64,000 nucleotides of DNA from Bigelowiella natans CCMP2755 (taxonomy: Eukaryota; Protista; Cercozoa): contig ADNK01002961.1 in assembly GCA_000320545.1 (NCBI GenBank), forward strand, positions 1 to 64,000, in the 5' to 3' direction. Within the stretch, counting starts at the first letter, position 1. The number at the start of each line of letters is the position of its first letter. Shown here piece by piece: positions 24,682-37,566 of the stretch. The translations under genes and the position numbers were made by a program. A model generated the notes under the pieces. That model did no database searches. It was not told the origin of the DNA and saw nothing but the letters and a program-made list of their open reading frames with translations.

Positions 24682-26070
24682 CTAGATGTTGTACTCAGTT
24701 TCAAGGTTGCCATAGATTATGTAGTTCCATGTTGGTCTATTTTCGTTCTGCAGCTCTACAAACAGTATGGAACACACCATTCCAGCGAAAAACGATAATG
24801 AATATATAACAGCCTGCTTGAAACGCAGCACAGATTTCATAAGCCGCTCCTGCGCAAATAGTTTCGGCTTTACGATTCTTTTGTTATATTCTGGTTTGTC
24901 GAAATCACCGATGCATTCGTATTTACAATCTTTGTCGAAAGGGCTCAGAAGAAGAATAGGAAGTAAAGGAGTTGTTCGGTAGTATGCTTGTCCCATTACC
25001 ACCCTTGATACCCTATCAGTGATAAACATCAGCACCGAGACAGCCATTATCGTAAACAAAATGTTCCACATGAGATCTCGCCCAGGGACCACGAAGAGGA
25101 AGATAAGAGTATTAAAAAAAATGCACAAACACATTAGAATCCAAAAGTACGGGCGATGTAGTACAGGGGCGGAAATTCTTCCCGTTCGAAAGTTTTGCTT
25201 CGTAAGGGTATCGAGACGCTCTAGTTTCGTATTGTGGTTGTAAAAGAGATCTTTTCGAAGTGTCTCGAAGTCCGAGTGCTCCTCGTTATCTATGCTCCAT
25301 CTGCAACCGCCGTGCGATCGATTAACCCGTTTATATGAACGATTCTCAGAGAGAACAACGAAGGGTCCAGAAATGTCGTTTTTTATGTTAGCATTCTCAA
25401 GTTCTTGTTTGATCTCCTGCTTGCGCTTCTTCAACTCCGTTTCTGTTAAGGTGTCAGCCTTTGAAACAATAACTTCGACGTTAGAGAAATTGTTCAGTTC
25501 TTTGATAAAAACCTTGTCACAGGGCCTAAAGCGTCCTGGATTGGTGAAGTATAAAACACAGTGTATTCTAGGATCCATAGTCATATCCTGGTAATACAGG
25601 TGTTGCAGCATTCGGTCCTTTATCACCTGGATGGGTTCTTGCATGGTTTTGTTAATATCAGTATGTTCACCGAAGCCTACTGTATCGAAGACACGAAAAA
25701 GAATCTCGACTTTTTTTTTGCCTTTTTCTTTTACTTCTATTCTCTGCCGCCACTCAATAACGTGCTCAGTCTTCACCTGTTCCTGTCGCTTAATGATCTT
25801 CCCATTTTGCTCGTTCGCGAGGCTTCGAAGAAGACTGTCTATGAAGGTTGATTTCCCAGAGCCACTAGGTCCAATCACCATGTAATTCACTACTCTTTTC
25901 TTGTCTTTTTGGAGTTCGTAGGGTACATCAGATGCGGTATCTTCCTTAGATTCAGTATCTTCCTTAGATTCGGTCTCTTCCTCAGCTCTCTTTCCGCTGC
26001 CTTGCATGCCAGACATCATCCCACCCGGAGGGAAGGGTTGTGACTCAGAAGGCGTGGTGTGAGAGCTCAT
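24682..26070 (-). CDS. Septin-family GTPase with C-terminal hydrophobic (TM) segments, intronless
   Basis: G1 GPSGSGKST, G3 DTVGFG, DPRIHCVLYF, G4 SKADT, NEEHSDFETLR; three hydrophobic helices in the C-terminal third. Confidence 0.9.
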   Translation of the reverse strand: MSSHTTPSESQPFPPGGMMSGMQGSGKRAEEETESKEDTESKEDTASDVPYELQKDKKRVVNYMVIGPSGSGKSTFIDSLLRSLANEQNGKIIKRQEQVKTEHVIEWRQRIEVKEKGKKKVEILFRVFDTVGFGEHTDINKTMQEPIQVIKDRMLQHLYYQDMTMDPRIHCVLYFTNPGRFRPCDKVFIKELNNFSNVEVIVSKADTLTETELKKRKQEIKQELENANIKNDISGPFVVLSENRSYKRVNRSHGGCRWSIDNEEHSDFETLRKDLFYNHNTKLERLDTLTKQNFRTGRISAPVLHRPYFWILMCLCIFFNTLIFLFVVPGRDLMWNILFTIMAVSVLMFITDRVSRVVMGQAYYRTTPLLPILLLSPFDKDCKYECIGDFDKPEYNKRIVKPKLFAQERLMKSVLRFKQAVIYSLSFFAGMVCSILFVELQNENRPTWNYIIYGNLETEYNI

Positions 26071-26460
26071 TTTGGAATTTGTGAGCTTTGTGCTGAAAAG
26101 TGTTTGGATGACGCCGGTAGTTTTAAGACATTACTACACGCGCATCAGCAAGTAGCGGCACGACGTTCCGTCCCTACGCCTTCAACAACATGAGATAAAT
26201 GACTCAAATCCCCTGTAGTTATTGCCAGATCGGCGTACGTTTTCGCTTGGTTAGATTGGACGAAACTTATTGGATGTTTCCGTCTCAGTTCCAATAATGT
26301 TCCAATGCGGCCAAGGCGTCGTAGGAGGGCACTCCGCCCTTACCCCCTTACGACTTGAATAGTCTGAAATAATTGAGATAAACCGCCTGCAATTATTGGG
26401 AGATCGGTGCGCTTTCTAGCGCGTAGAGTCTGAAAAACACGATGGACGCTTCAGAGAGTC

Positions 26461-27999
26461 ATGCATGACACCCATGCCGGTGTGCAGTGTGCAACAACTT
26501 TTCGCCGCTTTGCCGATGTGCAGTGTGCAACAACTTTTAGACGCTTTCCGTGCGATTGCTGTCATTTGGCTGCAGCATTCTCCATTAGTGCACAACAAAT
26601 ATTTCGCCTTCGACACAAAAGTCAACAGTCCATGCGCCCGGACGCCACCTCCCATCCGAACGGCAAAGGAAGCCCTACACGGAAAAGGAAGATGGCTGCT
26701 GAGAGGAAGCAGAAAGATGTTCAAGGTCCACCACAGCGAACACGAATTAGCGCAAAAAAATTAAAACGTCGACATCTGAGCAAACGCCGTGTGCATTCAG
26801 AGGGAAATAGAAATGTCGAAGGATCGGACAAGGATCCTGAAGAATCTCAAGTGATGCCTAACAAAACGGGGATAGGCAAAAGGAAAGAGGTGCTAAGAGA
26901 AGAGGAAATCGACCCCCTCGCGCAACAACAGGAGGAGGACACAAAAGAGGGAATTGAGTCCAGTTCACAACAACAACAGGAGGATGGCAATAGAGAGGAG
27001 GCGATAACCTACGAGGAAATCCAGTCCAGTGCAGAACAACATGAACAAAAGCAAAATAGAAATGTGCCATGCGATAAAATGAAAAAAAACGGGACTTCAC
27101 CTGAAGAGAAAATCATAATTTTAAAGATTAATCCAAAACGTGCTAATTGGATTATTATTGTTGTTGGCCTTCTTGCGGTCATTTACCTAGTTTTTTCTTG
27201 GACATACAGTGGTCAACATAACGGAAATCCACACAAAATCAAAATCAATCACGAAAAGATAATCGATGATTTAAATTTAAAGATAGGAAGGCTAGAAAAT
27301 CATATTCGAGAATTGGACCGAAACAATAAAGAGTTGGTAAAGGAAAAGCAGAAGTTAAATTTAAAGATAGAAAGGTTAGAAAATAATATTCGAGAATTGG
27401 ACCGAAACAATAAAGAGTTGGTAAATGAAAATGACGAACTAAAGTCCAAAATCAGTGGGAAGAATTTCGCAAACAATCATGAAGGCGGGAAAGTACTGGC
27501 TGCAAGCCCAACAAGGAAAAATCCAATTAAACGTGGAGGCTACATAGGATTCATTGTTAATATGGTAATTCCTTCTACCGAAAATCAAGGCCCCGAGTTA
27601 GCATTAAGTGAAAGCTTACATCCAGGGCAAAACTGGGCAATGCAGGGTAATCAAGGACACCTACTCATTGAACTCAGCACCACAATAAAACCAAAGCGCA
27701 TCACCGTCGAACATGCTAAACATAAGGATCCATCGCTCTATGCATCCGCCCCAAAGAACTTCGAAATATATGCCGCAAATGATCGCGCCTCCATCCAGTT
27801 ACAAGAGGGGGCAATTCGTTATGGCGAAATATTTGGGAGAGAGACGAACTTCAATCCAGCTGAAGGTGAAAGAAGTTTTGAAAACACTACACATAAAAGT
27901 GTGAAATACGTTCTATTGAAAATTAATGAAAACCGTGGAAACCCAAACTTCACCTCCATATATGGAGTCAGAGTCTACGGGAAACCCATCGAAGATTAG
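26461..27999 (+). CDS. SUN-domain (Sad1/UNC-84) nuclear envelope protein, intronless; start may be 26692
   Basis: Basic N-terminus, single TM (WIIIVVGLLAVIYLVF), coiled coil, then NFANNHEGGKV..PGQNWAMQG..ITVEH..SAPKNFEIY..NRGNPNFTSIYGVRVYG. Confidence 0.92.
   Translation: MHDTHAGVQCATTFRRFADVQCATTFRRFPCDCCHLAAAFSISAQQIFRLRHKSQQSMRPDATSHPNGKGSPTRKRKMAAERKQKDVQGPPQRTRISAKKLKRRHLSKRRVHSEGNRNVEGSDKDPEESQVMPNKTGIGKRKEVLREEEIDPLAQQQEEDTKEGIESSSQQQQEDGNREEAITYEEIQSSAEQHEQKQNRNVPCDKMKKNGTSPEEKIIILKINPKRANWIIIVVGLLAVIYLVFSWTYSGQHNGNPHKIKINHEKIIDDLNLKIGRLENHIRELDRNNKELVKEKQKLNLKIERLENNIRELDRNNKELVNENDELKSKISGKNFANNHEGGKVLAASPTRKNPIKRGGYIGFIVNMVIPSTENQGPELALSESLHPGQNWAMQGNQGHLLIELSTTIKPKRITVEHAKHKDPSLYASAPKNFEIYAANDRASIQLQEGAIRYGEIFGRETNFNPAEGERSFENTTHKSVKYVLLKINENRGNPNFTSIYGVRVYGKPIED
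27271..27425 (+). repeat. 84-bp in-frame tandem duplication in the SUN coiled coil
   Basis: LNLKIGRLENHIRELDRNNKELV and LNLKIERLENNIRELDRNNKELV, 28 aa apart. Confidence 0.85.
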
Positions 28000-28995
28000 T
28001 GTTGATTTAAAAAGGGTTTATTCCAGACGGAGTGAGTTTGGTTTGAATGGTCAAATTGTGATTTCGCTAATGTCGCTGCACACATCACTTTGATCTAGTG
28101 ATGCTTTTTGCCGAGTTACCAATTTGTAAAAATGCATATGTGATGCATGCGTTTTGACTGCTAATGCATGCTAGCATGGCTGCCCCATTCCGGGTAATTC
28201 ACCGGGCATTTTTCGCAGCAGATAGAAGCAGACAGCATGTAAGCATGGCATTGCATGTTTGCACCATTTTAGCATGCCTCATAGCAACAAATCGCAAAGT
28301 GAGTGTGGAGTGCTGTCATTTTTGGATGTTTGCAATGCGGACAATTGCTTGTTCTCACCGTAAACGGAATGACCTTGTTGTTTTTCTAGCAGACTACTAT
28401 CACTGAGGATCAAAGATGTGCGATGGCATCCTTTTTTTCCTGAACGACGTGCCGACTACACACTCATGCTAGCACGCATGTGTGGACAGTTCCAGAGTTG
28501 GTCGCATGAGAATTTGCAGTGATGTGAATAAGCTAGGAAGGGAAGATTGATTTGTCATTCCAGGCAATCTAACAATGCATCATTGACATCCCATTTGCCG
28601 TTGTTCATTTGAAACCTTCGCACACTGCTGGCATGCTACAGCCTCATGCGCTAGAATGTCATCAGCTCTTGCTAGCCTGTCGCGCAATCTAACAATCTCA
28701 ACGGTGACAAGATTCATGCGCTACAATGTACACATACGCATGGCGATCTGCAAGGCTTTCTTTGACTTTTGGTAATTTATTAAATAATCAAAATAATGTG
28801 TAATAACATTCTAGCAATCGCAAAATCGCAAATGAGAATTAAACGCAATTCTCTATAGGTGGCAATCGGCAGTTCTATGCCGGTCGGTAAAACGACAAAA
28901 AAACGGATTAACTTTTAATTAATGACAACAGTACAGAGAGCTGGCTGTTGTTCGGACTAATAGCTTGGCAGGTAGGTACTCGATGATCCAAAGAA

Positions 28996-29395
28996 TCAAT
29001 CAGAACTATTTCCATCTTTTGCTGTAAGCTGGTCTTTCAAACTCGAGTATGTGCTTTCCTGCTTGTTTTTCGAGGCCGTTGAGGCTGAACTGCTGTCCCC
29101 ATCACCGAGCTTCCTTTCCTTTGCATCCGTTGTCGCCACAGAAACGCTTTGATCGCTTGGCCGGATTGTGTCTGTCATGGTCTTCTCTCGAATGGACATG
29201 AGAGCCGCGTATGTGTTTACCTGGTCGAGGCTCCATATCGCGCATGATATAGGGAATACAATCTTGAACCTGCGTGGAGGCAGAAAGACGGGTAGTTAGG
29301 AGAAAGGGAAGGCAACTTGCTATCGTGGAGATTTGCTCGAAGTAGTGTCATTCTTGCTTTCTGAATGTGTGATGTATGTTGTAGATATTATTACA

Positions 29396-29432
<37 letters not shown>

Positions 29433-29439
29433 ATGCATA

Positions 29440-29474
<35 letters not shown>

Positions 29475-29712
29475 ATTATATATAAAATCTATACACAACT
29501 ATGTATGCGTATGTGTGTGTTTGTGTGTATGTGTGTTGTTTATTACAAACACTTATTTCTGTGCTCAATACGCATAACGCTCAATTCTCGATGTCGTTTA
29601 CCAGGTATTCATACGATTGAAGTTATATCCGTAGACAGTTAAAGACACAGCCATGCGGATCATATTCGCAATCATATACCTGGTACACCCACCCATACAT
29701 CGACATATGCAC

Positions 29713-29743
<31 letters not shown>

Positions 29744-29948
29744 AACACGCACACACAAACACGCACACACAAACACACACATTAAACGGGTGTACAAATT
29801 GCAGAGAGTTGGTAAAGCGAGAGAGAAAGAGAGACTTACAAGTAAGCTGCTATGAGGAGGAGTAGTGATTTAAGATTTGGATCTTCTCCGAAGTAGTAAT
29901 ATACAAGGATGAAACCAATAGGAAACGTCCCCAGGCAGGTGACCTGTG

Positions 29949-30007
<59 letters not shown>

Positions 30008-30597
30008 CATATGCACGTAATTACACCCATTTATTCATCTATTTATTTAACTATACATTCAGGTCAGGAGCATATGCGTGAGTGTGTGTGTGTGAGGGGG
30101 GGGGGGAGGGGGGGTTCTGCTCCTTGTGTGCCCCGACCCACCACCTCCAAAGCCCCCACTCCCTTTCCAGAAAGAATTTTTTTGCTGTGTTGAAACGTCA
30201 CCGTGACGAAGGGAGGCAGCACTTGATAGTCGTACACGTTCAGGCCTCCATAGGCCGCGGGAATGAGTAGCGAGCAATAGGTTAGATGATGAAGGTGCTG
30301 CACGATGGTGTTGCGCACTTCCCTCGTATTCCCCGAGAGGCGGATTGGGTATAGAATCATATCGTAGACGAAGAAGGCGAATAGCAGCATGTATGAGATC
30401 TAGCGGCGGGTGGGGGGAAGAGGAGGGAAGGGGGAAGAAGGGCAAGGCGGGGCAATTGTAAGACTGAGTTGTACCGCAATAGGAATGGGTTTTATACTCA
30501 CGAACACCACACACACACACACGCGCACACGGAGAGTGAGAGAGAGAGAGAGAGGGAGAGAGAGAAAGAGGGAGAGAGAATTACATATATTTGAAAA

Positions 30598-30642
<45 letters not shown>

Positions 30643-30708
30643 TATATGCAATTATATGGGAGAAAAAGAGCGAGGCCCATTCATCAATCAATCATCACCA
30701 GTATACGA

Positions 30709-30756
<48 letters not shown>

Positions 30757-32706
30757 TATATGCAATTATATGGGAGAAAAAGAGCGAGGCCCATTCATCA
30801 ATCAATCATCACCAGTATACGACCTCCACGATTAGGAAGGTGGGGAAAAAAGAAAAGAAAAGGTCGCTCTACTGTATATCTTCTAAGATCACCTCTGAAT
30901 GCTCGAGCATGCGGATGTGATCTTCGCTGAGATCCTTATACATCATCTCCCTGACTACCGAAATCGCCGCCGGGAAGACAAATGGAATTGCGATCTACAA
31001 AAGCATCATCATCAGCAGCAGCACCAACGATTGCTCCTCCAACCACCGAATTCCAAAGCTAGCAAGAAAAGAATCTCAAAGGGAAAAGGCAAAGCGCGGA
31101 CTAGTATGATTGCTCGAGAGAGAGAGTCGGCCCTCTGCGTGCGTGGAGCATACACGCACAACAACTCGCCATTGGCGGCATTGCTCGCTCGCGTGTGGTT
31201 ATTTCGTCTCGTTGTTCTTCTTCGCAGTACCAAATAAACAAGCCCCTTGAGGATGTTTGTGTAGCCCTTGTCTTGTTTGTGAGACGCCAGCTTATTCATG
31301 AACGTGGCAAAGATCGCGCTTGATGAACTGTTTCAGGAGTAATAGTAGTCGCGGTAGTAGTAGTAGTAGTAGGAGAAGGAGGAGGAGGAGGAGGAGGAGG
31401 AGGAAGAGGGGGGAGATGAGTTGATGTACGCGAAAAATAACAGTACAACAAGATGCTGGATACGCAACAGTGATGACGTCTACAACACAATTCGGAAGCG
31501 CCATAAAAAAACAACTGCGCTTCCAAAAACATCTAGTGCTCATTTATCATCACTACAACACAACCCTAACCCTCCATGCCACCCGCCCACCCCCTCCCGC
31601 TCCGCTACCGTTGTTCCAAAATGGATGTTCTTTCGAGCAATGATCGCGCCAGGGGCAGGGCCAGCAACGTACAAAACAGCGTCACCCAGGCCGCTCTCGT
31701 GATCGTTAGAGTCTTATCAATGCTACTCGACTCTTCCGCCGCCAAAGGGGAAGAGGAGGAGGAGAGAGAGAGGTAGGAAAGAACATGCTGAATCTTGGGT
31801 CCTGCCTTTTCCCAGGCCAGGCTAAATACGTCGCTGCTCTTTGCTGAAAGATGGAAAAGCAGGGAGACGGGGGGAGGGGGGGGGGGGTGGATATTGGGGA
31901 ATTTTAAGAATTTTAAGCGTATGGGCAGGAAGGAAGGGAGGTGCGACAAAATGATAGCATGCAGACTTTTGCTGCATACGTATTTATATTTTCATGTTTG
32001 AGCTAGAAGAACCGTCATTGCGTTGCTTCGTAAGCGATGTTGGTGTGGGACTGCTAGAGTGTTTGCTTGGATTCGCGACGATACCTGAACCCTCTCCCTC
32101 GGCTGCTCCAGCTGGCTTTGCAACACCCGCATTTGACTTCGAGTTTAAAACAACCCCATTTTTCACTACTTCAGTGACGCTGGCGCCTTTGCCTGTTTTT
32201 GTGCTGGTGTTGGGATGTACATGTGATAAGATGATGCTCTCCCATCCATCTTCTTCGTCGCTTTCGTATTCGGCGTCGTCGTCACCATCTTCCGGTGCCT
32301 CTAAGGGCTTAGCATTGTCAGTGTTGGTGGTGGTGGTGGTGGCGCTGCTGCTGCTGCTGCTGCTGCTGCTATTTCTGCTACTGTCGCCGCTTTCGGATAA
32401 TATAGACGAGTTGCCACCAATGCTGTTGGTAAGTAACCCCTTATTTCCAGTCTCGATGGGTTTTGAATTATTCGCTCCTACCAAAGACGTTACCACTGAT
32501 TTCAGATCGCCGGACTCTGTTGGTGGCTCATCTACTGCTGATGATGGTGAGGATGGTGAGGAGGACGAGGGGTACTCCGATGTGGAGGGCGCTATCGAAA
32601 GCGGATCGGACAATTGCAAATCGACGGTCTCCGATGAGTAATGCTGCAGCGCGGATGCGTTTGGGAACGCATTCAAAAGGAAGAGCAGAAGCACTTGCGC
32701 AACCAT
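28996..32706 (-). CDS. Multi-pass membrane protein, TLC (TRAM/LAG1/CLN8)-like, with signal peptide and Ser/Thr-rich ectodomain
   Basis: MVAQVLLLFLL.. plus an S/T/E-rich first exon; later exons LLFAFFVYDMILY..QHLHHLTYCSL, FPIGFILVYYYF, FKIVFPISCAIWSL; last exon stop at 28996. The family call is by motif resemblance only. Confidence 0.55.
30603..30824 (+). repeat. ~110-bp intronic tandem duplication, each copy headed by (TA)n
   Basis: aatatatacacatatatgcaatt...ccagtatacgacc occurs twice identically. Confidence 0.85.
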
Positions 32707-34037
32707 TGTTGAATGTTTGGTTCTAGATCTTGCGGGTTGGGCAGAGAGTGTTTGTCTGATCTTGGAGTTCAGGCCTTCTTCTCTGATGCTGTAAGTCTGC
32801 AACCTGGCTAACAAACCATCGTCCCCGTTCTTCGTAAATAAGTGAAAATACGCTTCCTGGATTCGATCCTATTGCAGTTTTATTTCTGCCCGAAGCAAAA
32901 TGCGTCTGGGTAAGTCCCTGTGAGGTAGTTCAGATACATGGGTGTGAGCATTGCCTAGAATCATTAGATCTTAAACAAATCATCATTTGCCGTGAAGAAT
33001 ATCGCCCCTCAATCCCTCCCCATTGTTCTATCCTTCGGAATCATACAACCTTGTCTTCACGCCAGGGGCTACTTCGATTTCTTTCTTCCCTGCAGAGAGT
33101 CAGCGGGGGTGGGGAAGAGTACAGAATTTGTAAGAGTTTCAGTTTTATTCAACGAGAAAAATGTGCTCGCAAATAGCTGTTTTCATAGTATTTTGTGATA
33201 AAATTATTGTCGTTATTTTAAATTACTATCTAGTTTATGTCTATCCGAAACAGATTAGGGCTGTCTTAATTTGACGTTTAGACTGGGATCGTGCGAAGAT
33301 ACTCACCGAGTCTGCGCTCCATTTAGATGTTTCTAGGGCAAAATTCTGCCTGGCTTAAGTTCCCATGATTTTACTCCGTTTTGGATACTCTTGGAATGTC
33401 GTTATATGTAAATTGCACTGCGTTTTGGGGAATTTTAGCTCGACAACACGATCTCCAGCGCTCGAAAGAGGTTGTGAACGGAGGATCAGTCGTAAAGGAA
33501 TTGCCTTCGGTCTTTATTGTAGTCTATTTCCTTCTCGGCAGTTTGCGATGAGAATGTGCAGAGAAAACCGCATTTCTGTCGATGGAAAAGCGAATTTCTA
33601 AGATTCTTGAAAGCTCGCAACGGTCTGTTGTTTTTTCCGGATAAGACAACGACATGGAAGGGTTTTACTATTAAAACGGCCTAATAAAACTGAAACACGC
33701 ATTTTGTTCGAAAATTAATTTCGCGCATGGCGACAATATTTTTCCAGACAACATATCATGCGACACATTTCCTGAACTCTCTCTCGTTATTTATTACGAA
33801 AGGCCTAAATCATCATCCTCTCAGGTTTCTTCAGTTCTTTTTTTAGATCATTTTTTTAGGTAGTTTTCCGCTGATTAGCAAGTCTTACTGCGGAACAGCT
33901 AGCAACACCACTTCTCAAGCTCCCCCCTCCCAAGCCTACGATCGGAGGAGAAGAGGCAAAACTTTTGTAGAGGTGAAGAAGGCCAGGGCTCACATCGCCA
34001 ACGTTACTGACCTCCCTGAGAAGGGCTCGAAGGAAAA

Positions 34038-34950
34038 ATGCAAGATCATGAACCTACCTGCCCGAGATGCAAAACCAACGCCTACGTCCGCTTGAAGGAC
34101 CGCGCCGGAGAGTAAGAATGGCCTCCTCGCTGCTGCTAACCCAGCATAAAGACGAAATTGAGAAAATACATTCCGTACAGGTACACCTGCAAGAAATGCG
34201 CAACTGTTGTACAAAGAGGCATTATCAGCGAGGATGCTGAATGGAGGTGATGAGCCAAGCGAGTTTCGTATTAGATAGCGCCCCGACCCATAATGCGGTG
34301 TTTCGCGGTACTTTTTTTTTGGTTCGTCGCACAAAATTAAGGGAATTCAAAGATTCTGACCGACGGGGTGGTGACCCCAATCGAGTTGGTCAAAAGGAAG
34401 ACGAGGGGGCCATATTATCCACCAGGGTTGGAAGAACAGACATCGGTACGGAAGTCTATCGTCTACACATTTCGTACGACAAATGATGACGACAACGATA
34501 ACGATGGCCCCCGCGACTAAAATTCCCAGGCATGAATCTATCAACACGGGGAGTTTACAGCGCCGAAGAGAGGAAAGCAGAACGGCTGCTGAGAGCTAAC
34601 GTTGAGATCCGGGATCTTGCCAGGAAATTACACCTAAAGCAGCGCCACGCACAATTTGTAAGAACCATGTCCCTCTATGCGTGAGATGCGTTAGGTAAAT
34701 CATCTTCTACTTATTTGCCATAGGTCATTGAAATGTACAAGAGGGTTTTTGACGTGAGGGAAGCTACTGGTACGATGAATGCAGTGGCTGCCGCCGTGCT
34801 GCCGGCATTTTGTGTTTCTTCTCATTGGCGTTCGTTTGCTTATGCACCGTAGATGTGAAGGAGGGTAACGAAGTCAAGATGAGGAAAGACTTCATTGGAC
34901 CCAGTGTGGAGGTACATGACCTATCTCTCCAGCTCTCTTTTTCTCTCTCC

Positions 34951-34989
<39 letters not shown>

Positions 34990-35921
34990 GAACAATAGTG
35001 AAATCATAAAACAACATCTTTCTCCCAGGCACTTATAGGCGCTTGCTTCTACTGGGCTGCTAAGAAGACCCAAGTGGCGCGATCGATAAAGGACATATCA
35101 GCAAAGTTGACAAATATCACGCACCGGGAACTCAAAACTGCAATCAAACGAATTCTCAAGCACAAACACTAGTGAGATGACAAAACTCCATCCTTGCTTC
35201 TTCCATTCCACCTGCTGATCTTCCGCGCCTCGCCATTGCAGCGTTTTAGGCCCGATGAAGGTGGCGTTTAAAGTTACCCAGCCGAGCCAAGTATCTCTAT
35301 GTTCTTCGTTACTTTAACCAAAATTCCCATCATGATTCGTATTATTGAATGAATTCATTAGATCGTGAAGCGGAAAGCTCACCAGCTCAAACTGAGCGAC
35401 AACATAGGGCACGAGGCGGCAAAGATCGCTGAGGCGGTCGGATCCACCATCACCGTTTCACCTCACATACACTGCAATCTGACGTGAAAACATGCTGTAC
35501 AGGTGATGCTCACGGGCTGCATGGAGGGGAAACCACCAGATACGATTGCCGGTTTGAACGCACCTCGGAACGAGAGCATTTTGCGTTTAACATACGGAGT
35601 GTGTGTGTGTGTGTGTGCTAAGCAGAATTAATGGTAGCGAATTTTTGTGTGCAAATGTCTTGTAGGTGCGTGCTTGCTGATTGCCCTGGAAGGGCATGAA
35701 GGCGTGAAAATCAACAGCGAGCTTCTGCAAGCAGCCTTCGACGCGAAAAGGAAAACGCTGGAGGGCAGAGCGCGGGAGATCAAGGCATCTGGTTAGCGCG
35801 AAACAAGTTTGATGGCAAATCGCCCATATCACTGACGATGACTTGTTTTTGGTTCTGAACAGGCATCTCAGACTACAGGGCAGCGTTGAAGATATTAGCA
35901 TCCAAACCGAAGAAGAAGTAG
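34038..35921 (+). CDS. Transcription factor TFIIB family protein
   Basis: Zn ribbon TCPRCKT..GEYTCKKCATVV..ISEDAEWR; DPNRVG; cyclin-fold exons ALIGACFYWAAKK..RSIKDI and MEGKPPDTIAGACLLIA; stop at 35919-35921. Confidence 0.88.
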
Positions 35922-36985
35922 TGCGTGTCGGCATTCATCCCCTCTTCAATTTGCACGGCAACAGCATTAGTCACACTACAGCGCATTGTGCGCACGGCGC
36001 GCGGCCATAGCAGCGCGTGCAATAGATGCTTTGCATTACATGCTACAGTGTGCGACGGATGTAGTGAAATAATTACCTTTTTTTTAAATTGTAAATCTAC
36101 CAAATACTACAGTGTGTGCCCCAACAAGGTTCTCCTCGATGCACTTGCGCAGCTGCATTAGCAAGTGTCCCCAAAGTCTAGAAAGTGTGCAGCATGACGA
36201 AGCCGGGTATAACAGAACACAGACGTGTTCAATTGATCTCTGTAGTTCATGTGCATGTTGTACGTTTGTGTTGGTCATGCACGTGCGCTACTATAAGCAG
36301 CCCACATGCACATTGTATTGCTGCGATCGCGTGGGAGACGCACGTTTAGCTACATAAGACCTGTGCGCATGCACGCAAGTGCATTTAATTTTCCGCCGCG
36401 CATGAAAATGCGTCGTCAGCATTCACATGTCATTAACACAAGCTGCAACAGGCAGTAGCACTGTTATTGTGGCGACTGGCTGCATGCTAGCATGGAGTGA
36501 GCAAGGTGCAGCAGCTCACAGCAGCAATGCGAACACTAAAATTTGTGCAGTCCTCTAGCTAAGTCGAAACTGAACGTGTATGTGCTGAATTGAAACAAAG
36601 CTCACATTTGTAGCAGACGCATAGTACGTACTGCATGATGCATGCATGGTGGTGCACACGTAGTCACCACGCCAGCCACAAGATTGCTCAACTCACATGC
36701 TGCATGCCTGCTAAATTAACACTACGTACAGTGTCATTGATGTGAACAGCAGCAGCATATAGGCATGTTATTATTGCCATCACGGCATCATTGCTGTGTA
36801 CACGCACACATGTGCTAGCATGTCTAGATGTGTTACATTAGTGCCAACTGTGTGCTAGGACGTTCATATGACCACGGAGGACTGCGCGTGGGGAGGCAGC
36901 GTGCTCAATCACCATCAAAATGTTCCGATCTGATGCGCTTATACGCAACCTCTCCGACACTGGTTTGTGTGTGCTGCTGTCTGAC

Positions 36986-37398
36986 TCAACACCACGGAGA
37001 CAGCACATCCCCAACCACTGGGTCATGCGAGTACTTGAATCTGGAACTCTGGACAACTCGGATCTGGCGAGCCCCCCCCCCCCGGGAAATCGATGGCGGT
37101 GGCGCGGTACTGATCGAGCCGTGCCGAGAGTCGCTGGACAACGTCCTGGTGAGCTGCCGAGCACTCGTCTTTCTCGATGGGGTCGTCCACGACGTTGAAG
37201 AGCTGAACAGTTTGGTTTTCGCTGCTCCGTCCTCCTGGCAGCTTCGATGTGGCATTCGAATACATGTATGGATACCCTCCAAACCCTTGAATGAGCTTCC
37301 AGTCTCCTTGGCGAATGGCATCGTCGTAGGGTTTCCAAGCCTGGTAATGCGCGAGGACATTGAAGCAATGAGCACAGCGCGGTCAAATACAGCCATAA

Positions 37399-37436
<38 letters not shown>

Positions 37437-37470
37437 CACACTTGTATATTAAAAAAATAGATACATATTA

Positions 37471-37512
<42 letters not shown>

Positions 37513-37526
37513 AATTATATGCATGT

Positions 37527-37566
<40 letters not shown>

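Noticed and set aside
35430-35790. Apparent GC-AG introns in TFIIB and the NHL exons
   Set aside because: Nearby GT donors preserve the frame.
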